64,000 bases of DNA from Eledone cirrhosa (Eukaryota): assembly GCA_964016885.1 (NCBI GenBank), contig OZ024740.1, positions 182,776,001 to 182,840,000 of the forward strand, written 5' to 3'. The stretch's first letter is position 1. The number at the start of each line of letters is the position of its first letter. A program made the translations under genes and the position numbers. The notes beneath the pieces were generated by a model. That model made no database searches and was not told the DNA's origin. It saw only the letters and a program-made list of their open reading frames with translations. Of the stretch, positions 25,750-36,447 are shown in pieces.

Positions 25750-25990
25750 ATGCCGTTTGTCTGAAACCCAAAGGCTCACCATGCTAGTCATGAAGAGTAC
25801 AACCTATGCTTCTCCAGATGGGACACCGATTCATCATAGGGTTAACACTTAAGAGTTGTTGGTACTTTTAATTTTCATGATGAGTGGCCTGAAGCAACAT
25901 GAAATGAAGTCACTTGCTCAAGGAGAAAAAACATTACCCAGTTCACATGTTGATCCTCAACGTTTTAATTAGGAGCCTAAACACTACTCA
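25750..25990 (-). mobile_element. CORE-like SINE, degenerate
   Basis: gaaatgaagtcacttgctcaagg; similar to 23695-23970. Confidence 0.6.
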
Positions 25991-26081
25991 CCTCACATTA
26001 TTTGCATAACAACTAAATAAATACTAAATAAAATATTGTGTATAATGAAGTCGATTCCTTGGACTTTTACAAAGCGTTGAG

Positions 26082-26114
<33 letters not shown>

Positions 26115-27406
26115 TATCATTATCATCGTTTAACATCCATCTTCCACGCTAGGATGAATAGGACAGGCTGTCCCTTTGAGAGGGATCAGGTTGGTGGACA
26201 GTGATTCGCTCACACAGAACTGATAATATAAAGATAATATAAATAATTGTTTCTACTTTTTGGCACAAGGCCAGCAATTACCCAGTGCATTACTGGTACT
26301 TTATTTTATCGACCCTGTTAATATAAATAATGATGTGTTCATGCATGCAAGGAGCTGCTACAAAATAGCTTATAACATAGGGTGAAAACCCTTTAAAGAT
26401 GGGAAAAGAAATTGCCATCAGTCACACTTTCTTGAGTGATGAACTCCTCTTTAATGGAACCACTCTTACAATGACTGATAAGTTAGATGAAGCCAGTACA
26501 ATGCAGTAGAAATATATCAAGGGAAAAGGATGACAAATAAAACCAAACAAAGTAATGTTTTACCCAGTATATTTTACATCTCACAATGCTTCGTATTAGC
26601 TTTATTCTTATAATGTTTACCATTATAGACAACATTTAAATGACATATTATTTCTCACATCTGATATAAACAAGTTAATAAGTGCAGGTTTGCTTCACAA
26701 CTGTATGGCTTTGGTATCCATTCCATCGCATGGTACTTTTGGAAAATGTGTTCTACTATCACATTGGGTCAACTAATGCTTAGAGTAAATACCGTAGATA
26801 GAGATGGTAATGAAGTTTGTTATCATCATCAACACCATTTTACATCGACTTTTCTTTGCTGACTTGGGTTGGATAGGTCATTACAGACTAAATCAGTAAT
26901 TTAATAGATGACTGAGGGATCAAATCTCACATATGTTTCATTTTGGGCATGGTTTCCATGGCTGGATGTCATTCCTAACATCAATCATTTTACAGAAAAT
27001 ACTGAGAGCATTTTATCATGGATGTGGGAGGTTGTCTTGTCCTTGACATGACTGAAGAGTCTTAGCTCCTAGCAGCATTTGTTCCAATGCTTTTTATTCT
27101 AAGTTCAAACCTGCCCTGATCAGCTTGGATAGTATATTTAATTCCTCACTCTGTTTAACAGCACCACTTAGCTGTTAGGTGCCTTTACAAGGGTCTCTAT
27201 ATTTGCAAGAATTCAGGATGGATTTTTGGTTTGTGGGTACATTCTTCCTTCTCTCCCACCAGTTTTAAGAGCCCCGAACAGTGTCATATGCAATGCCCTT
27301 CCTCCTGACTAAGAAATAAAAAAAAACCTTCATTAGCTAATAGGATTAGACATTGCTCTATCTACAGAAGGAGATGTACAGAATTAAATGTACTGTCCAA
27401 ACAACT

Positions 27407-27603
27407 TTAAGCCTTTATATTTAAACCGGCCATCATATCCATCTAGAATTCTCTCACCTCTTTCTGTTTAAACTAGCTGTAACCAGCCATTCATACTGAT
27501 GTTAAGTTATTGTTCTCAAAATAAATAATATCCAAATCTCATAGATTCGATATTACGTGAGATAAATAATATATATAGAATAATGAAAATGCTAAAGGGT
27601 TAA
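27407..27603. mobile_element. piggyBac-type MITE (TTAA-flanked), degraded copy
   Basis: Homologous to 45076-45303; ends atgctaaaggg-TTAA. Confidence 0.75.
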
Positions 27604-27974
27604 AAGCCCCCAAGAAATTTCCTGAAGTTGATTTGAATTCAATTTGGTAGAGTTGATACAACAAAAATATAATTAATGACTCAGCCATCTTGTCTTATTC
27701 CACTTTATTTTGTAATGGGGTAATAAACAATATTCAAACAATTGTGTGCACCAAGCAAATGAATGAACACTATTGGTAAAAACATTACTTTTGATGAAAT
27801 CTAGTTTCATCTGAATATTTGTCAGCTTGCTAAGTGTTTCACAATATTAAACAAAAATGAGATAAATTGTCCCATCAATAGGATCTTGCTCTATCTATTT
27901 ACATTGAGAGATATAGATGATTAAACTACTGACCAAACAACTTTTAAAGCTCGCTAAATATGTTCAAGAAAGCA

Positions 27975-28946
27975 TTAATAGTTGTACTCTACAAAAATAG
28001 CTAGCAGACTTGATTGTGGGAACTATCGTCCTATCAGCCATTTGAGCGACGTTTACAAGCTTTTCAGGAGTATCATTGCAGCACGAGTGATGTCAGACTT
28101 TTATGCCTCATTTTCTGAAACACAAGCTGTGTATCAACTTGGAAGCGGCACGATTGAGCAAATCCTATTTATTGCAATCTTAGCTATGCAGACGATCTGA
28201 TCATCACAAGTTACTCTAGAATTGATCTGCAAGACTTTCTGAATGTGCTGACCAAACATTCGCTGGAAGTTGGCTTAAGCATCAACATCTCCAAAACAGT
28301 ATGACAACTCATAAAAACAATGCCAATCTCCACCTCACAATCAAATTACTCCAGTTACAGCGTTTCTATATCTCAGTCACAAACTATCATCAAACAACAA
28401 TGGAATGGTTGCTGCACAGTATTGCATCACTCTAGGTTGGGCAGCTTTCAACAAGAACAAGGAAGTACTAACATCGAAACGAGTTTCTTATCATTTGGGG
28501 GCTAAGATCTTCGATACTTACATCCTACCAGTTGTGTTATATGGTCTTGACTGTGTTAATTGGACGACAAGGTCACTTCAGAAGCTATCTATATTCCAGA
28601 ACCACATCATGAGACTTATGACTGGCAAGCAGCTCAGCAACCGTATCTGTATCAGTGAAGTGAGCTGCTCAACATTACCAGACTTAGATCAATTACATCA
28701 GCTGTCAAGTCAAGATTACTCAAACTATACGGTCATATAAAAAGATCAACTCATGGTGTGAGTAGGTTATGCCTGGAAGGAAGGTTGGCTGGTAAGAAAA
28801 GCAGAGTTCGGCAGCCAAAATGGTGGCTTGATGTCCACTTATGGACTGGACTTGACCTTTGCTCTTTAAACTTTGCTGTTGGTGATCGAACTTTGTGGAG
28901 AAAAATATCTCATGTTGATACGCAGTCTGGAACTGGTGGAGTTTAG
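27975..28946 (+). mobile_element. Internally deleted RTE-clade LINE remnant
   Basis: CGNYRPISHLS, GTIEQI, GLSINISKT, LGWAAF and ILPVVLYG motifs. Confidence 0.8.
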
Positions 28947-29284
28947 TGTCTGGATAATAAATATGTAAATTCAGTTGACATATTTATTTAGCCAATCACC
29001 TCACTTCCATTTTCAGTTGTGATGGATAGATATACAATCTTCAACCAAATGATAAGTCATATCTATATACAGTGTTTCATATGAAAAACATATGAGCCAA
29101 AAATATGAAAAACAAATTCACTATTAATCAAATCCAGATTCATATCAACACTATCAGTAATCATTTAGCCCAACCTCCCCAAATTGCTGATTATAATATA
29201 GACTAATAATGAGATTTTATCAAACGTTTCTTACATAAAGCACAAACAACTTGAACATGGAGCACAAAACAAACAGCTTTGTCA

Positions 29285-29585
29285 GGTAGCAAGTTAACAA
29301 ATATGTTGGCAGAAAGGAACCACTTCTTGTGATGATTTAAAGAAGGAAGCTTGCCTGGTATGGTCATGTATCCAGCCACAACTCCTTGTTTAAAACCATT
29401 CTTCAGGGTACAGTCAAGGAAGAGTGAGGGAGAGGCAAAGACAATCCTGTTCCAACAATATCAAAGACTGGATTGGTCACAACACAGAGAATCTTTTACA
29501 CATGACAGAGAATAGTGACCAGTGGTGAGTGCTGACTGCAAAAGTGTCTAGAGTGGTACCCAATGACTGGCTACACCAATGGCAA
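29285..29585 (+). mobile_element. RTE-clade 3' fragment
   Basis: RRKLAWYGHVSSHNSLFKTILQGTV. Confidence 0.75.
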
Positions 29586-30246
29586 GAATATAATTGATTG
29601 ATTGATACAAAGATGAAATTTTAAGCATCATAAAAATAAGATGTTACCTGGTTACACCCATATGATTATACAGTCATAAACTGGAAAATTTCTCTTGAAT
29701 AGCTGCAAATTTTAAAATTCAATATATTCACAAGTAAAACAGTTTATTGGGATTTATCAGAAAGGCAGCAGTTCATTGATTATTTCATCGACTCTAATAG
29801 TTATTTGATGCTAGACATATCCACCTATCAATATTTAATTCTTTTGAGGTATGTGTAGTCAATGTTTTCCCATTGTCTATTTGGTTGATTGCAATGTATA
29901 TATAAATATATAGAGCAATCTAAAGAAAATCAGATGAAATCATGTGTAATTGTCACTGAGAGACATGAAATAAACTAAAGTAAAAAGTGTGTATAACGTT
30001 AAAAGCAGTATGTATACAGCTTTCAACATAAGATCAAGGTTTTGATTATATACCTTAGAAAAACTATAATATAGATTTAATAAAGATGAAATATATACTG
30101 ACGCAATGCAAATTAAATGAAAAAAAAAGGAGGAAAATGATATAGCTTTTAGACATATTTCATTACAAAATATATTTTGTTGTGATCAAACATTTCAATT
30201 GAAAGATACTCCCCGGAATAACACAAAAATGTAATATTTATATATA

Positions 30247-30815
30247 AATTTACTGTTTACTTCTACACATATTAATATTGTCATGCTCAGTATTTATACT
30301 TTGAGCTTGTTAATTGCCGTGTATCAATAACTCTATATTTTATTTGTATTTCGGCTCACTATCTGGTAAGCTTATAAAAATGAGTGTAAATGGGCTATTA
30401 TTTCTAGCATAACCACTCGCACTACGTAAAACTTTCAACGCGCGGGGAATCTACTTCCGTGAGTTTTTTGTTAGACGTGTTCTGTATCATTTATTCTAAT
30501 CTCTCGCCGACGAAATGCCTGAGGATTATTTGTTACAAACACAATTTTTTCACGGCGAAACAGATTAAATCTTTAGTCTGTCCTAGAGATGAAATCGTTA
30601 TTGATACGGTATGTATAGGAAATCTTGTATCTTACTGTATGTTTCAGTTTAAATATATAAAACATTTGTGGTGAAATCTACCCTCGTAATTTTAGAGGCA
30701 GAATTTACTGTGTTTACTTCTACACATATTAATATTGTAATGCTCAGTATTTATACTTTGAGCTTGTTATAATTGCAGGGTATCAATATGAGTTGATAAC
30801 TCTATACTTTATTTG

Positions 30816-30818
<3 letters not shown>
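30247..30818. repeat. ~100-bp imperfect direct repeats (30247-30349 and 30702-30818) flanking ~350 bp of unique sequence
   Basis: aatttactg..acttctacacatattaatattg..ttgagcttgtta..actctata..tatttgtat occurs twice. Confidence 0.85.
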
Positions 30819-30849
<31 letters not shown>

Positions 30850-31502
30850 TTGTGAAGGTTGGGAAGAGACACACAATTTGATATATATTAGGAAAATAAG
30901 AAAAAAAGTAGAAAATGCTAATAGGATTTTCACATAGAATAACAGCAAAACATTTTTTTAAAAAGTAATTTATCATACTGGTTTCGGCCAATAATTGTTG
31001 CAGCTTCTTCATGATACAGGAAATATGATGAACAGTATATAATAAAATTATTGTGTATATTAATTAGAAGAGGGTATTAGAGAACATAGTTTACATATAT
31101 ATAAAAGTTCACGTTTTCATTTATCTATTTCTCTCTCTCTCTCTCTCTCTCCTTGGTGGTTTCATGGTAGAGTAGCAGCTAAAATAGAAGTTGGATTGTT
31201 CCCTGTTACTGTTTGTTGGTTACAATAGAATAATAATAATAATAATGTTTTCTTTATTAACCACAAGGGTTTACATAAAGTAGACATTAAGGACAGTACA
31301 GGACAATACAGGACGGTACAAATGGGCATTTCTGCGTGTAAAAAAATAAAACAAAAAAACAGCGGATGAAATAAAATAACAAAGAAAAATTCCCCAATAG
31401 GGGGGAGACTTCCGAGGGACCTTTGTGGAGAAAGCCCATTAAAAGACCACAGTGACCCTGACCACCAGGGCAAGTGCCCTCTCCCAGTTTTCCACCTTTA
31501 AT

Positions 31503-33979
31503 TTAGAGACACATACTCAGAGAAGGCCCATTCATTCGGGCCATACTTGCTTCTCTCACCCATCTTTCAACAAAATGCTGGGAAGAGAGCACTTCCCTCT
31601 CTACCCTGATTTTCCTTTTCAAATGAAATTTGAAAAAGTTAATCAGGGCATCACCGAAGAGGTAAGTGCTCGTCTTCAGCCCTTTCAAACGTGTCCACCA
31701 TACTATCTCTTTCGCCATGGCCACCAGACAGATAAAAACTGCCTGCCCTTCACGGCTAAAGGAAGGGGGCGGGGAAATCCTCACGATGGACTCAGCTGAT
31801 AGCTGGATCCGTCCTACACGTGACAGCAGGTGTTCGACATAAACCCACAAGTCAGCAATGCTCGGACACTGGACGAGTGCGTGCAGGACGGTTTCGTCGC
31901 CCTGTGCGCATCTCGGACATGCCCGGCTGACGGCACCTCCATGCCTGTAAAGTTTATCCCGAACTGGCAAAGCACCCCGGTAGCACTGCCAGACCAGGGA
32001 TTTCTGGAAGTTGTCCATAGGCCCCGGCCCGAAAGTCCTTCCGAAGAGATTGGCTAGTTGATTTTCGTCGACGCCTAGAGTTTCTCCAAGTACGTCGTCG
32101 CTCTTCCCCTCCACTTATCCCCTATAGAACGCCAAGGTGGAGTTTCCACCGATCACATTGCGCGATTGGTCGAGGGCTGTGAGCGCCTGAAGACATTCCA
32201 GTCTCCAAGCGCTCCCTCTCGGTCTTCGCTTGACCCAGGACTGCAGCTCCGTCAAGGAGACGAGCTGAGGAAAAACGTGTCTTGCAAACGGCGACCACAC
32301 CTGATCACCGTCGAGGAAGAGGTGGAGATGTCGTAGCCTGAGCGCGTGTCTGCGCATCATCAGCCACGGCATGCCCATCCCTCCACGTAGCGGGTGTTGA
32401 CAGCAGATGGACCGCCTGACCATCGGAGCGCGTCCCTTCCACAAGAAGCGAAAGAGCAAACGCTCCAGCGCAGTCAGGCGGGGCTTAGGACAAGGTACGA
32501 TGGTCAGGCGGTAGTAGATGACGGACGCGATGTACGCGTTAGCCACCTCCGCTCGACCTTTCAGGGATAGCTTCCTCTCGGCCCATTTCTGGCTCACAGA
32601 ACTGGGAATACTCCCGTTTTGCTGCCAGTTGCTGTCGAGCGCTTCGAGGAGATTGGAGAACAAGTCTGGCATATTTACGTAAAGCTCGTAGGGCAGACCA
32701 TCCAAACCGGGTGACTTGCGCCTCATGCAGCCTACAAGGGCATCCTGAATCTCGGCTGAAGTAATTGGCCTTTTGCAGCGCCCAGCGTCAGCCGTCAAGA
32801 GTTGCGGCAAGCCATCGAGGTAGGGACTGAAGTCCGCCACCATCTCTGACCCGCCACTTCCCCCGAACAACCGAGCAAAATGTTGGCGAAAGGCCTCACA
32901 CATCCTCTTGGAATCGCTCAGCTCGAGCCCTTCTCAGTCCGTCAAAGACCGAATCGTGGTTTTATTACCACGCTGCGCCTCTGCCACGCGGGCCCATTGA
33001 ACAGCTTTGGTTCCCTCGTTTCTCAGAGCACGCGCCTTAGCTCTGACAATGCAACCTTCGTGTTTCGCATTGAAGAAATGGTCTAATGCCTTTCTCGCCG
33101 CTAGCACATCAGTTGCAATGCCACTACCAATAGCCTCGTCTAACTTATCTACCAACTCTCCCTCCTTTCTAGTTGACGACTCCCCCTGTCAACTTTTTCT
33201 TAACTAAATTGTTGACCTGGTCCCTGTAAACCTTACGTGCCGGAAATGACATGTTTAGCTTCCAGTAACCAGGTCCTAACCTACGCGTCTTATCTAGGTC
33301 AACCATACAGATCACAAATTTGTGATCTGAATAGGCGACCGTTTCAAAACGTGGATAGCTTACACTATTTCTGTCTATTTTCCTAATGAATATCCTGTCT
33401 TTATACGATCTAGATGACCCTATGCGGTTAGCCCAGTTCCACACTGGCGCATAAGGGAAATCTAGTCGGTACCTGTCAGACAGTTGGAACTGGCTGATCA
33501 GGTTCTTGAGGCTTTTGCACCCCCCGCTCCTATCGGATACTCCCACACAGTCCCAGCGTGCGTCTAAGATGCCGTTCCAGTCCCCTGCTAACAGTAAAGG
33601 GCTAGACGTACCCAGAAAGGCTTCCAGGCGTCTAAAGAAGTCCGGCCGTTCTGCCCCAGTAGGAGCATAGACGGCCACCAGTCTAAAGGCACCACCTTCA
33701 TTATTGTTCACTTCCAGGACCACCAACTTCCCGTCCGGGTCCCGGAAGATCGACCTTACCTCGAGATCCAGGCCTTTCCTAAACAGCACTGCCACCCCGC
33801 CTCCCATTCCCGGCTGGCTAACAGATGCAAAGATCTGATAGTCGTCGAAAATGGGGGCTAGTGCGCACGTGTCGGAAATCCTGGTCTCGCTGACTGCAAT
33901 TACATCCATTTCTATAGACCTGCTTCCAGGACGATCCCAGGCCTCGAACATTTAAACATCCTACTCTTAATACGGCCAT
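31503..33979 (-). pseudogene. Tx1 ORF2 (APE endonuclease, deleted RT, C-terminal Zn motif)
   Basis: MAVLRVGCLNVRGL, SETR, VAVYAP, GDWN, SDH, GPGYWKLN and KSPGLDGLP are present; the YADD region is missing. Confidence 0.9.
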
Positions 33980-34014
33980 GTTGGCAGGTTAAACATAGAG
34001 AGAGGAAGGTTTAC

Positions 34015-35950
34015 TTACCTTCCGGGTTCTTGTGAAAGTCGGGTTGTTTGACCTCCATAGTTAGTGGGGTTTCTTTTGGGAACCCCTTTAAAAGTCTTGA
34101 GGAAAGCTGTCTCGTATTTCTTTGAATATGTCGAACGACATTCGTACCAGAACCAAATCTTCCGGCACGCGAAATGTGCTCTATTTAAACATTTCCCCCT
34201 CTTTTTGTATATTTTCACTTCGTGCTACGAGGGCCATCAGATCCTTGTTGGCCCTCCTGATGAGCACGAAGTTTTGTATGTTTTGTTGGTGTGATTTTAT
34301 TTGTTTGCGTGGCTGTGGTGGTGATGGTTTTGGTGGTGTTGTTTCGGTTGTATCTGTGTTTGTTGTGAGTGCGGTGTCTGTGGTTTCAGATGTTTGTGTG
34401 TATATTTGTTCTTGCGTCTGTTTAGGTTGTTGGCGTTTGGGGGATTCTGGTGATTGTGATGGTGGTGTTGATGTTAGTGTTATTGGAGAGATGTTTGCGT
34501 GGGTGGTGTCTGCGTTTTTTATTGTGGGTGCTTTTGTGCTTTGTTGAGTTTTTTTTTTCTTTTTGTGTTTCCTTTTTTGTATTTTGGGGGATTTGGGATT
34601 TCCCTCATTTTCACTACTGGTAGATGAGGGGTCTGTGTCTGTAAGTGTGTCTGTATGTATGTTTAAGGTTTTATTGGTGTGTGTATTTTTGGAGGGAGGG
34701 GGAATTTGACAGCTTTCCTCGTTTCCCCCCTGGGTTGTCAATGTTGGTGGTGGTCTTTCTATTGGTGTTGTTGTTGGTGGTTTTGCCGGTGCAGGTATTG
34801 GTTGTGGTCCTCTCCCCGGCGTCGGCAGCAGTGGAGCCTTTCGACCCCTTGCCACTTTCAGCAGTTGAGGGCAGAAGGCTCGCAAATGGGTTTTTTCCCC
34901 ACAAACAAAACACTGCGGCCTTTTGCCTTCGGTGATAATGTGAATGACAGTCCCATTCTGAAGGCGGATGTGGTCTGGGATTGTCTTCACATTCTCGGGC
35001 CTGATCTGGAGATGGATCTCCAGGTCAACCCTGGACCAGTCCTCTCTGGCCGTTCTGGTCACTTCTATAGGGACTGTATCCGTCCCCTCCACAATCACAT
35101 CCCAGAAGCCACCACATGTCAAGTCCTGGTGGGATTCTGGGAATGCGGAGACGGGCCGTTCTCTTTCCCATGTGGGAGGGGTACATTATGACCTTGCTGG
35201 TTTTGCAAGGAGTCATGGCGTGTTTCATCGCGAGGGCTTCTGACTTGAACAACACCGAAATGGTGCCGTACTGTCTGCCCCTCTCTATGTACTGGGTGTC
35301 TTCTCTGATGCACCTCAGCGCGACTTCGATATCTTCTTGTGGGATTAATGCTGCCCTTTTGGTTTGTGCTGAGATGCATCTATAATGCACCGTTTTGCGC
35401 TGCACTGCCTCAATAGCTTCTACCGAGACAGTTAAGTTGGCCCAAGTTTGCTCTTGCTTGATGAGCTTCCATGCCTGGGCCAACTTTTCATCTTTGTTTG
35501 AGAGGTCCATGTTGAAGCATGGCCGCTTTTTTGCTGCTGCCGCAGCGAAAGTGGTCTTGTTTTCGTTGGGGGTGTTGTTGACGTTGTTCTTGTTGGTGTT
35601 GTTGTTAGCACTGTTGCTGTTATCATTGTTGTCTTTGTTGCCACCGTTGTTCTCGGTGCAGTTGGTATTGTTGCTGTTGGGGTTGTCGCTATTTGTTTTC
35701 ATGTTAGTGGTGTTGATATTGTTGTTGTATTTGTTATTTTTTTTTTGTTATCTGTATTTTCGTTGTCGCTGTTACTGTCATATTTTTTCAAATTAGAGTT
35801 CTTATTGGTATCATTGGTGTCTTTGTTTACCTTGTTTGTGGTGGTGTTTGTGTTATCAATGTGTGTTAATTTCGCTGTAGCGCTCCTCTCAACTTCTACG
35901 ACGTTGTCGTACGACAGCCGACATATCGCCGGGGGGCGTGGCTCAGCCAT
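34015..35950 (-). pseudogene. Tx1 ORF1 (gag-like; N-rich N-terminus, CX2CX4HX4C knuckle, P/T-rich C-terminus), frameshifted
   Basis: Pieces 35699-35995, 35025-35702 and 34181-35122; knuckle CFVCGEKTHLRAFC. Confidence 0.8.
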
Positions 35951-36155
35951 GTCTTTTTTTCTTCGTAAATTTTTTAACATGTAAAAAAAGTTCAAATATT
36001 TGGGCCAGAAGGCCCAAATATTATACTTTCCCCTTCACGGGGCAAGGTCTAAGGGCTTATATCCCTTACACAACAAGAAATATTTAACAACAAATAATTT
36101 TAACAGGCAAATAAAGCGACTTACTGTGAGCGAGCAAAATACGTCCGCTTAGACC

Positions 36156-36204
36156 AATAATAATAATAATGTTTTCTTTATGAACCACAAGGGTTTACAT
36201 AAAG
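36156..36204 (-). mobile_element. 3'-terminal stub of Tx1 family A immediately upstream of the full element
   Basis: 36171-36204 matches 31247-31280 at 33 of 34 nt and carries an (aat)5 tail. Confidence 0.9.
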
Positions 36205-36447
36205 GAAAACAGATCGTGCCTGATTGTGGATGTGGCCTGCCCATTCGACACGAGAGTGCAAGAGAAGGAGAGGGAAAAAATTAACTGATACCAGGACTTA
36301 AAGTGGGAGGTAAAAAGGATTTGGAACTGCCATGAAGTCAAAGTGGTCCCGATTGTCATAAGCGCACTAGGAACTATCTCAAAAAGTTTCCAGGGATGGT
36401 TAAAGAAAATTGGCCCCGCCCCGCCTTTTGGAACACTTCAAAAGGCA
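36205..36447 (+). mobile_element. R4/Dong-type RLE domain fragment
   Basis: CLIVDVACPFDTRV..YQDLKWEVKRIW..VVPIVISALGTI..LQKA. Confidence 0.85.

Larger units (their letters stand above)
31229..36155 (-). mobile_element. Near full-length Tx1/L1-clade LINE (family A) with an RT-core deletion, (ATT)n tail and (AAT)n on both flanks
   Basis: 5' UTR, ORF1, ORF2 (APE, partial RT, CPRC..HALVQC) and 3' UTR with AATAAA. Confidence 0.93.

Noticed and set aside
32580-32610. Tx1 RT deletion as a splicing product
   Set aside because: The donor-like GTGAG and acceptor-like CAG are both retained at the junction, so the boundaries do not fit GT-AG removal.
34122-35984. Plus-strand ORFs overlapping Tx1 ORF1
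   Set aside because: Antisense shadows of low-complexity coding sequence.
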